From assembly GCA_002633005.1 (NCBI GenBank), contig NMRA01000684.1, positions 85,050 to 149,049 on the forward strand: a stretch of 64,000 bases of DNA, read 5' to 3'. The notes below the pieces were generated by a model. The model was not told the DNA's origin and made no database searches. It saw only the letters and a list, made by a program, of their open reading frames with translations. The stretch is from Phoronis australis. Taxonomy: Eukaryota > Animalia > Phoronida. The number at the start of each line of letters is the position of its first letter. The first letter of the stretch is position 1. Shown here in pieces: positions 29,101-41,100 of the stretch. The position numbers and the translations under genes were made by a program.

Positions 29101-32100
29101 GCCTAGGGTAGATGTCTCCTTGTTAAAATCTTTTCTGCCAAATTTCATGACAATCTTTGATCAAAGTTGGGGGACATTGAGACAATCACAAAAACGTTGC
29201 CATTGCAGACACGTTTCCATCAATATAATAAACACATTCATCAAATTTCATAAGAATTCTTCAAACCATTTACCAGGTAAAACGGCAAATGTTCAAAATA
29301 GACACCAAACTATTAAAACTACAACTAAGTCAACTAAGTGGTGCACAACAAGCCAAAGTCCTTCTTGACAGAAACACATTTGTCAAATTTTATGAGGTTC
29401 CATCCAGGATCTTGCTAGGTACAAAGCAAGCACAAAAAGGTATAATTGCCACAAGAGGGCAGGGCAGTAACTGGATACGTCTGAAAGTCAAAATAGGCCA
29501 TGTCCTCACTAACACGGATACACACACGCACGCATGCACAAAGTTCCATGACAATCCTTCAAGAACTTGGTTGCTACAGAGGTTTGCGCAAAATAAATAA
29601 AATTACCAATAGGGGGCACAGCAGTAATGCAATACATCCAAAAACAAAGTAATATATGAATCATACTCTCCTCACTAGAATCATATCTGTAAGTTTCAAG
29701 ATAGTCCTTTCACCAAACTTTAATTTGATAAATATTGAGGCAGGTGCAAAAAAGTGCCAGTAGGGGGCAGGGTGGTAATCAGATGTGTCCAAAAATCAAT
29801 GTGCCTCATGCTCTCACAAATGGCAACAAATTCCACGAATTTCATCAAGATCCATCAAAATGTTTGCTATATACAGATACAGACACAAAAAAACTACAAT
29901 TGCCCCTAGAAGGCACACATCAACAAAATGCAGCCACATGAAAATTGTCCTGTGACAATGGCTCTACGATACAAACATTTTTCTAATCCATCAAGGGACT
30001 TGGCAGATATAATATATAAACAAATACTGCAAAAAATCAAATTGTCACAAAGTAGCTGAATTTGTGTGAAAGCCGTCCTCATCCGTCAAGAAGTGCATAT
30101 GAACATAGCTGCCAAATTTTAAGATTAGTTCGTGTTCGAGGTTTAGAAGATACAGGCTGCAGATCCAATATGTACTAAATCTGATGCAGGATGGACAAAT
30201 GGATACAAGATGGACAGATGCCAGACAAAAATAATGGCAACATGTAAACAACATAATAACCAATACGAACATATTCAAAGGATTAGAATGATATCACAAA
30301 TCTAAGTCTGGTCAGCCTGCCATCAATTGGCCACATCACATGACCTAAAGAATATAAGTCTGAAAGGATTTCTGTCTGTCTGCACATTGCTTCCAATTTG
30401 TTCCTTGCTTTAAAGTAAACATTACAACATACCATCTCTTTTGGTGCCAACAGGAACTAGATTCTTGTACTGTGACGTCTGCTTCTCAAAGAATGGGAAA
30501 CATGGCCGTAAAAGGTGCCCAAAACGCTGACTGTCGAGCCACGCGCAGGTCAGAGTGTCTGACTTAACAGTGACAGTGGCGGAACGGGGCTGGTGGTAGA
30601 GAAGTGAGACCTCACCTGAAAACAGCAGAGCTCACATCATGTACACACTGGTCGGCATACAGATCAACATTGCTCAGGAACAGGCAGACAATATGCAAAG
30701 CACAATCCTACAAAGTAATGCTAAATGCCATATATGCAGGTCATCTCAAAAATGAGCACAAAGTTGTAATACAGTACCAGGAAATGGTTTTACTAACCAG
30801 ATCCTTTGCTTTAACTGCAACTCGAATCATAAATGAACCAACTGCATGACACGCTTAAAGTAAAATTAGAAATTTTGTAGCCGGTCTCAAATTGAGCAGC
30901 GTGAGTCCGAATTGAGTTTGAGTTCAGAAATTATACACTGGCCCCAGGTGTTGCCCTGGTTCCAATAATTCCAAACTTGCTTTGCAACGAATTAAGACAA
31001 GTGCCACACAGCTGACTCTATTTGCAGAGAACAGTTCAGCTCTAGCACAGAACACAAACAGTATAGCCTAGCTCCAGTGCAGATGTTGAGGAGTCAGACA
31101 AGCTGGTGTGCCAAGGCAATGAAGAACTGACACAACATGTACTGTTTTGTGATTCCGGTGTTCGGTCTGAATTAGCATATAGCCGACCTAGAAGGAGAAG
31201 TGTTACATCGCTGCTGCATTCATCCGTTGACCCCCAACACGTTCGATGGGATAGCAATTAAAATGAACAAGTAGGGGGGCTGACCAGTGAAGACAGTATC
31301 TTACGCGATTGATTAACTCTACTGCCAGTGGTATTTATGGTTGGAGGGCCAGCTCTATTCAAAAGTTGCTCCCAAGAATGTGAGATGCCATTCCCCTGGA
31401 CTGTTAAAATCAAGAAATTTCCAATATCAGGATCTGACCTAGAATCACGTTTGATTAATAATTAAAACTTGACAAACAAGTCTATTGTGTTGGTACACAG
31501 TGCTGTGGCAGTAAGTAGGTCAGAGCGGTCACACAAAGGAATCAGCAATAGATAGTTAAGCCTAATTTCTCTGAAAGTCGACCGTTTTTCTCTGTTTGAA
31601 GTTTTTTGGTGATAGTATTTCATAAAAAAACAATATTCTCCACAACATTTGTTGACTGTCATTTGGAAATAGTATTTTTTAAATATTGGTGAGCGGCAGG
31701 CGTGCTGTGTACAACATAATTGCTGGATTACATGAGCTTATCAGTTGAATGGAGACAATGAGCGAGCAGGACTATGTTAACATTGGTTTGTGAAACTGAT
31801 AATGCCACAGCTGCATCCCAAGTTCCCGATCAGCGAAATCGAGACTCACCCCACAGCATGGGAGCATAACGAAATGGTATCTAGCCTGAATGGGCTGTGC
31901 TGTTAAAAATAAAAGATAAGTTATAAATCGTTTGAGCACAAATCAAGAACAATTCTGAATTCTAGGTCAAATGCTGATCATGTTTAGATTCTGAATCACC
32001 AAAATCACCCATCGACAACTTACAGCTGAAGTTAAGAGACTCTAGTATTATTCTTACTATCCAAACTCTTTTAACGGTTTCAGTTACTGTTGACTCTTTG

Positions 32101-35100
32101 AGGCCTGTTAGATAACTGGCCTGCATATTGTTATACCAAACAAAAGACTGTGCCCTCAACAGTTAACAAAGGAGCCAGATGTCATCAGATGTTCACAACC
32201 AGGGAAAGTCTGGTACAGTTATTGTCAGGGTATCGCCTCAAGTTAATGTCTGCAAAGTACAGACAGGCTGTAAGAGTGTCATGTATTCAGTCTGAAACAC
32301 ATGACGGACCTAGTACAGTCTGGTGAAACAGGCACCTATAGTTTTATGACATAAGGAGATGTCATAAAGGATTACAGGGGTGGCCAAGCAGCCCAAGAGC
32401 TGGACTGATTTCAATGGGCTATTGTGTTCGCATTAGCACAATCTAACTGTCTGATGACCATCATCCCATAGTCAATTTTTACCTGAACTGGGCACCTCAT
32501 GAATACATTCTCCATGTTTTGTAAACAGGAATCAACTTTTAACATAAAAAGTAATTTGTAGTTGTTCTGGACCTGTTCTAATGGTGGCATTTTGGTAATG
32601 TTAGAAGGAAGCATGTTTGCTCTTTCAGCATTAGATCCACAAAAAACTGTCCTTTACTTGCTTCTTGTATTGTTGACAGGAACGTACACTAAATTTCATT
32701 CCTGCCTTTCTCACTATGGCCCATTATTGTCAACTTCCTCAATCCATGCACTTCGCATAGAAAGAAAACTTGATAAAGTCACCATATGATTAGCAATATT
32801 TGCTTCACAGTTAGGATGAAATTAAGCCTCCAACATCAACTACCCGATAACTACTTAAATTTTGATACTGAGTGCATCACACCATCTTACTGACCAAAGT
32901 AGTCATTCGCTTTCAAACAACCAACGTCAGTGGGCTGGCAGTCATCTTGGCTTTGCTGAGAAACTACGGCCTCCCCCTGAATGACAGAAATCGAGCAAGA
33001 TTACAAAAGTGAATGGAAAAGTCTGGAAACATTCATTTGCACGGGATTGAGCACATTTTTCTTTATTGTCGCGGACAGATCTTAATCATTCTTTACTGAC
33101 AGCACATGCTGAGTAATAAAGTTCGCAAGTATTTACTCACAGAGGCGCATGGCCAAAACCTTCAAAGTTCACTGCACAACATACACTCGACTAATGGATA
33201 AGATTTGTACGTGACCGAAAAAGTTGTCCTCGTGGTTTGCAATAGCAAAATGAAGTGTGCACGCAGCAAGACTTAACTAGACAGTGAACATGCAGCCATC
33301 AGCATTTTTGTTGGTTATCTAGCAATGCTTAGCAGAGTTGAAGACTTTTGAGAAAATCTACTTCGCACATCAAAATTATCATTTAAACGCAGCGGAATTA
33401 CAAATTTTAAAGACACTCAGATACAGTGAATTTAAGTTGACTACTGCTAGGACTATAAAATTGGAACACACTAATGCAATTCAGAAATAGAAGCCCATAC
33501 CCATGAAATGTGCAAGGAACAGGTGAATAAATCATTCTTCAAAGCTGATTTTTTGAAAGAAAGTATTAAGTCAAATGTTTTTAGCTAACTGCAATCATGA
33601 TTAAAGGAGAATACCACCCAATTTAATTAGTCTTTTTTACCGTCTTAATCAGTCTATATCCACATCACCTCGTATATGGTCGATCTCATCTCGCCGAGAG
33701 GTGTCGCGTTAACCTGTGAGGAAGGTGAGAAACAACTCAGCGACGTCAGTCGTTCTTCTGCAGAGTGAGTGTCGCTATGGTGTGGTGTATTGTTCCCGGC
33801 TTGTGCGAACTATGAAGCTATGAGGAAAGCAGGTATATCGTTTTTTCGATTTCCTTGAGAGCACAGAATGCTTTGGAAGTGGTTTGCCGTAGTAGAGAAT
33901 GAAAAGTACGCTGTAATACCAATTAAGTATGAGGCCGTGAAACTTCTCATGCCTGTCTGTGGCTGGCATTTCGTCTCCAGCAATTTCACTGACGATCGAA
34001 TGCCGGCATACCAAACAGCTCATGCCAGGGCAGAAAAAGAGACTGAGGATGAAGTCAGATGTCATGCCTAGTGTGTTTGCGTACGATAGGCAGGAGACAA
34101 ACCAACATGGATAGGTTTTTGCTCAGTTTTTGATCATGGAGAATTGTAGCTGGCCATGAAAACATAAGCAATTACAATTAACCCAAGGCATGAGAACATA
34201 ACGTTTTATATAGCCTGTTTGATGACTTACTCATTCGTCATGCTTCTGTTTGGACCTCTGGGTGTAGGATGTTTTCGCCAGTTCTTTTTCCCAGTCCCAA
34301 AAATGTCATATGCAGACTTCTGTTTAGATGCAGTGCAAAATCAGGATGGTCCGTGAGACACATCTACGCTGCTCCAAGAAGGCGTTTCACTTGCGGAATT
34401 TCGTGGCAGCAAACACAAGCGTCAGTTGTTTCCATTATCGTGCAGTTAGCACACTGACACCATGACAGATAATTCAAACGGTTTTCGGAACTATGTTCCG
34501 TTGTCTGTGCACGTTCACGGCGCCTCTCTTGTATTTCGTGATCAGTGAATTCCAGTTCGAACTGATAGCTTGTAAACCTACCAATCAACCTGTGAAGTCT
34601 TCGTCGGATGAGCACTCGTCTAAGTCGGGATTGTGAGTTGCCACAGTTAACGTTTATTATTGTGTGCCATTTCAAAATGAATTATTCTCACCCTAAGTAG
34701 AATATATATTAAAACAACAAGAATTGATCAACTGAATTTTTCGGATATAATAACGTCCTTCGTCAACAGAAACAGAAAACTATACGACAATTGACATTTA
34801 AGATATGGCGAAATGAATATGATACCCTAACCAATGCTTATATAAAACTGAAACAAAGATGCAATAAACTAATTGACCGCGCAACTTCATACCGTGAATA
34901 ATACGCTTACAAGGAAGTCACGCATTTCGAAAGATATGCGGGAATTTTCACCAGACAAGCGGCTTGTACCAGGATCAAAGAGAGCGTGGCGTCGGAATCG
35001 GGTACAATTGTGATGACCGTAATGCCTGATGTGAGCAAGAACCAATTAAATGAAATTATCCGACCATAAACTGTATTAGACATCTCTGACTGTACATAAT

Positions 35101-38100
35101 GGCGAATTTTCAAAATGCATTAACCATTTATTTTTGTATTCAGCTGGAAAAAAACAACCAATTACTGTTTTCAATTTTTAAAAATCGAATCTAAAAACTA
35201 CTACCATTAGGTACAATTGAAGATAAACTACCGCGCGTATTGATACACTCGGTGGATATTCAAACGCTGATCAGAGTTGACAATATCACATGGATTCATT
35301 TTTTAACATTCTTTCAAGCTCTAACCAGATTTTTGACCAGGAAACAGTTGTGCCCACTTTTCATTTTTTATTACTGACAAAGAGCTAGTCTAAGAATAGT
35401 TATATAGTCGGTGCCATCGAAATTGTCCAGAGATTCCAGATCCTCAGTTTGGTTATCACCATATTTGCACTTTTGTATATATTTTATGATTTGAGTTCTA
35501 ATAAAGATTAAACTTTAATGACACGTGAAATGTTTAGTGTAGGCCTACCTCTAATGTGGAAAGGTCAGGGATGGGCTCACAATGAACTTAACTAGTAATT
35601 AAGTTTAGCTGGCGATCAAACTTTACCACTATCGTTCCTTTGGGAAGTGGCTCTTTGTAAAGATAAACACAAGTTAACCTTTTTAGTCATTTTGCAATAT
35701 TTATAATGTACCAAGTTAAAACTACTCTCCAGAGGAAACCAACTTGGCGGTACTAACAACAACCATTGTTGAGACACTAATGCTAGCAATTACCACTTCA
35801 TTAGCTCAGATCTACTTCAATACAAAGGTCGTGCTGAATACTAGCCATGTAAAAGCTGTCTGGGGCTTAGGGAATCAAAGTGGTCACCAGTGTAAGCGAG
35901 AAATTCTTCACATGTTGGCGGTGTGAGCACATGCTAATGCAGTGTATGCTGACAGAAAGCTGTTTTTGAAACAATATCTCGATTGTATATCCTATGGTCA
36001 GATGTTAGGGGAATCTTAATTTAGATATTCATATACATATTTATTCAAATCATTGTTACTGTGCAACTTTTGCACTGACGGCTTTGCTGTGGAAGGGTAA
36101 CCTGACTTCGCGGCCCCCGACGAGCTAGTAAGTAGATATGCAGTTTTGCGTCTAATTCACCAAAATAATCACATGCACGTTATTTCTTTGGCTCACTAGT
36201 ATAGTCTTTTCGTGACGGGAAGTTTAGTTTCTAACTCTGCCTCGTTTGTGTTCGTGATGTCTTCAGGCCAGCCGTGACGGGCCTGATCGGGTTCCAAGCC
36301 ACTGGTCAGGATAACAAGCGTTTTAAAATTTGTGTGTTTAGAACTGAAAAAATCGCAAGTCTAAAATTACAACACACAGCTATGTTCTCCTGTCTGTATT
36401 TCACGGACGAATAATTCGAATTTATCACCAAACAGGGCCCAAAACTCCCGCGACCGACCTTGGTAAATTGGCCTACCGAACTTTGTAGACTACGGTACGT
36501 TCCAAAACCTAATCCGTAACAGTGAAATAAAACAACACATTTGTTCAATAACTCGATGTATTTGTAAGGGTTTTACATCGAATTTTGTTGATTTATTGGT
36601 GTAAAATGATGAATTGAACCGATAAGCTGACACCAGTAAGTGTGTTGTGAACTGCTGAACAGACTGCATTTGAACCTCTGACGTCATTGGTTAATTTCAA
36701 CACCTCCGTCTGCCGTCATGTTCAGGTAAAAGAACCGTACTTGCTGTTATCGAGTGGAACTACTCGATCTAAATTGATACAAAATAGTTTGTTTTCTGGG
36801 TAGCATTCTCCTTTAAAAACCACACATTCCTGGAAACCATTTTGACAAATTTCAAAGAACAATCTTGCTGTGATAACTGAAGGACATCACCACAGTAAGT
36901 GACCTGGCAGTTAATATGAACCTACCTCAATGACCACATAGAACCTACTCCCAGGCTCTTCTTGGTTCACAATCACATCCCCGCAGCTAAATGTTGCCAA
37001 CGTCAACGTAGACACAAGCAGTTGTCTGGCAATGTCACTCAGAGATTCTACAACAACACAAAACCAAGCATTCCGTGTAAGGCACTGGTTTTTGTACAAG
37101 TTAATTCACAGTGTTTAAACACGAAATCGTACAACGTAAATTGAGCCTATCAATCTGGACTTGAAAAATTTCCTCACCAAAATTCAGTTGAAACTTAGAT
37201 ATGATCCGAGACTGAACCACCACTTCCTGAAATACCACAACACCCTCTCTGAGTGTCCAGTATTACCCACAATGCTATGAGTTCATTAAGGTACTTAGCC
37301 TACAACTGTACACTGCTTCTGTGTCGAAATGCAGGCAACAAAAAAGCTCAGTGACATACACTATAATGTTGCTACCTCTGCAACAGATAAAATGTTGTAA
37401 AACGAAAATCTGGAAATTGGCAGTCACTGGTGGTAAAATGGTCAGCTCAAGATTTTCTATCATATACTATCATTTTTTTTGCACACACTTCGTGGAAATG
37501 TAGTCTGGTTCATTGGTAACAAAAATTTTCATATCAATGTTGTCGGGATTAGAGACCTAATGGTAAAGCTTCACTTATTTAGCACACAATATGGCTGAAA
37601 TTCTGTTTTGTCAATTTTCTACACAAAAATAAAGATTAAGAAAATTTTAATCTAGTAGATGGCATGAAATTTTTTTGGTAAATTTTCCAATTATGTAAAT
37701 GTGTTACATGTTCATGCATGAGATAAAAAAAACTGCATAATAAAACAGACATGTATGCACAAAAGATAAAACAAACTCGCAATCCAAAAGACAGTGGACT
37801 CAACAGTCCAGCGATGTAGCGTGCAAAAATGGCATTTACAATCATATGTGCCTAACACAAAGGTCCAAATTTGAAGAAATAATAAATACTTTCATTTACA
37901 AAAACATCAAATTCGCATTGTGCCACTGATCAAAGAAGCACAATCTAAACTAAACAACACACAAAACTCATTGAAAATAAAGATCATGACAAAATCCTTT
38001 TTTAATTAACAATGATTACTTAAGCACTGCATGTTGTTGACGCAGCTGATCAAGCCTTGGTTCACACATTCTCTTTTCGGCATCTGAAAAATAAAATTGC

Positions 38101-41100
38101 TTGATGAATATTGAGAAACGCAGTATTACATAAATATCGACCAGTCCTGAGGATGTTATCAAGTCTTAGGGATACAGGGACGGCAACATCACTCTCCCGA
38201 GGTTCACATGACCCAATAGGCTTTCGGGCTCCGTCTATATTATGTTTTATTACAACATGGACTGCCAACACCACATATTTTCAATGGACGAAATCTGTGG
38301 TCTTACGCATAAGCCGTGACGTCATTATTCATTAGCGACACCTGGCAGACATAGCACGTATTACTGCCAGCAAGTACGTCATCTGCCAATCATGGTCATT
38401 TCATCGAGATTTGGATCGGCGATTTCGCCAGATTCACTACTCCAGAAATAACTACCAGGCCTACTCAAAAACCAATCTTGCCCTTCAACAGCAATTTACA
38501 TGACATTTCATCTTAAGCTCGAACGCTGATGGAAAACCTTGAACAATGTTTCACTGCTGAAATTATTTTTTTGCACTAGACAGTAAAATAGAAGAATTTC
38601 TTGTCACAATACACTAACTGGAAGCTGAGAGTGCTATGTTTAGAGGGTGGCACCTCCTTTAGGATATTTTGCTGAAAATGTTGGAGTTGCGAATCTGTTG
38701 TCTATAACCTATGATTACGAAATAATCCACTGCTTCTTTCCTCGGATTTTTTCGTCTCTTGAGAAAGTCAGCTTTCGTAAAGAATGACTCAACAGCCTTT
38801 GGAAGTCTTATGCATTTAGTCTTATTTTCATAATCAGTTGTTCAATCAAACTGAAGTGGAACTTGCACGCTAATTCCTTATCTCTGTGATTGCTTACTCT
38901 AATCACTTAGAAACACAACACACAGCGACGATGTGAATTAAATGAAGTAGAAAATTGCCAAATGTCTTTCAGAAGAAGTTTTGAGGTGAAAATGATCCAC
39001 CGCAAATCACTCAACCGTATCCAGTACGTATCGTGACGTGGCGTACAAGAATAACATTGCATGATGCGGCCTATATGAGCCCCAATGGTACGTCATTGGT
39101 GCAAAGGTCACCTATTTGCAGAATTTTTTATTTTCACATTGACAAGCTGTCAATGAATACAAGAGCGCACTTTGTTTAGCGTAGATGATGTTCAAATAGC
39201 AGTGTTGTAATTAAAATCCTGTTATACATTTAGAGCATGTATTTATTATTCTTTAAATAACATACCTCCGTGTAATACCACATGCAATAATCCAGCAGAT
39301 AGTGAAGAAAATCACCCTCAATGACCCACAGCTCAGTGTCAGTCAAGGTCAAAAAGGTGGGCTCACATGAGCAAGGAAGAGAGAATGGCCATTCTCGCTC
39401 GATCCCGAAACTGTCACCAGCAGTCAACACAACGGCGGGACTCGTATCAGCCTGCACCTGTAAACAAAAGCCCGTACCTTAATACATGTAATACAAAACA
39501 GTTCACACTCTGTACAAGCTGAAGAGACATCCCTTTGACTCACTTTGATTATGCTGTAACAGAGAGTGCAATTCTTTGCAAGTGAACATTTTCTTTCATT
39601 GATAATACTTCTGAGTAACACTTTGCCTAACATTAAGCTGTGCAACGCATCAAATGGGTTACTAACTAAAATATAAACCTGGGCTTCATAGATCATAAAT
39701 TGACGTTTTGTAAGGTGTCACTTTTTGCCAAAAAATTGCTTCAAGCAGGTAAAATTGCAATAATTTGAAAACACTTGTTATGATCTGTGCAATAAGAACA
39801 AGAATCATGCGAGAAAATGTAAGAAGAACCGAACTAACAAGTGTTTGACTCTCTGCCCCCCTACACCACAAACCTGAGCATGCTAGTGATTTTCAGAATC
39901 TTAAATTAATGAAATTGGTCCACTCTAACAATGTCCAACATAAAGGCCCATGGGCATTTCATTGGATGGGCTTATCTACGGAAATATCGGTAGTCAAATA
40001 ATTTTTAGTCTGTGGTAGTCGTCACCTCAACAGCTCCCTTGCCAATTATGTAGTGCTTTGACAGACAAACCACCTTGTATCCAGCTTTCTTATAGACTGG
40101 CCTCAGGTGATCAATCAGCAGGCTGAAAAATAGAATAAAATAATAAGACATAAGCGATTTCAGCAATAACAAACAGGGCTTGGCTATCCAAAGCCAATAG
40201 GGGTAGTAAAACAATTATCATAAACCCTTTTTTAAGTTGTCTTTCCTTACACAGGCCAACTGGGACAGTTGTATGACTAAGAGCAGTGTTCGCACAGAAC
40301 AACTTTCAATGATCTTGCATGTCAATTGCCTTGTGAACAGCATTCATTTGGTTTCCGCCATTTTCAAAATTGTTTTGATTTTTTTTCCATCAGTCTGAAA
40401 CTTGACAAGATTTTACAAGTTAGTTTAAATAAACTTTGTATTTTTTCAACCCACACACCTTTTTAATGGACAAAACTGATAAAAGGTAAACAGTCTTATA
40501 ACCACCACATTTCTTCGGACATGGATTAAATTTTCAGTTATTATTTTTAAAGGATATAAGGACATGCAGCTTTGAGAATTTTACTGTAACCGGATCAAAG
40601 ATCATGATTTAATTGATGTGTCAAATACAAAAAAGATTGATTTAACTTCGAATTTTAACCACTTTATTCATCAAACACAGCAACTTTGAAGAAAAAAATT
40701 GATTCGATTTTTCTAAAAGATCATTCACCCAGACATTATCTTGGATAATTTTAATGGTAATTGTTATACCCAGGTAATAATTAAATTTTGTATTCGTATC
40801 ACGTGCCAGTTTTAGAGCATGATGTTCACCACCAGTTTATTCTGAACTCTCCATTCTAAGTCTACCCTCAGTCACCTTTTCACTAGACTGGCAAGCCAAG
40901 CAAACAGTCCGCATTGTTGCCCATGGAAATCAGATGACCCTTGGAACCCTAGTCGTTAAAATTATTTTACCAACAGATAACTGTGAAGCAGTACCATATT
41001 CGCCCTAATAAGCGCCCACGCCCCTATAAGCCCCCTCCCGCACATTTTCACACTTTGCTAAAATAAGCGCCCAGCCAATCAACGTGTATGTATCTGCAAA

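Larger units (their letters stand above)
33605..36812. mobile_element. Kolobok-type DNA transposon, decayed and internally deleted, inside a PARP4 intron
   Basis: TTAA flanks at 33601-33604 and 36813-36816; TIRs AGGAGAATACCACCCA / TGGGTAGCATTCTCCT (14/16 match); THAP and KolX relics inside. Confidence 0.8.

Noticed and set aside
33141-33171. Candidate micro-exon with good splice signals (gcag|...|gtgagt)
   Set aside because: Its 31 nt would frameshift the CNB-B domain, and the flanking exons already join to give the expected IE|GEAVV.
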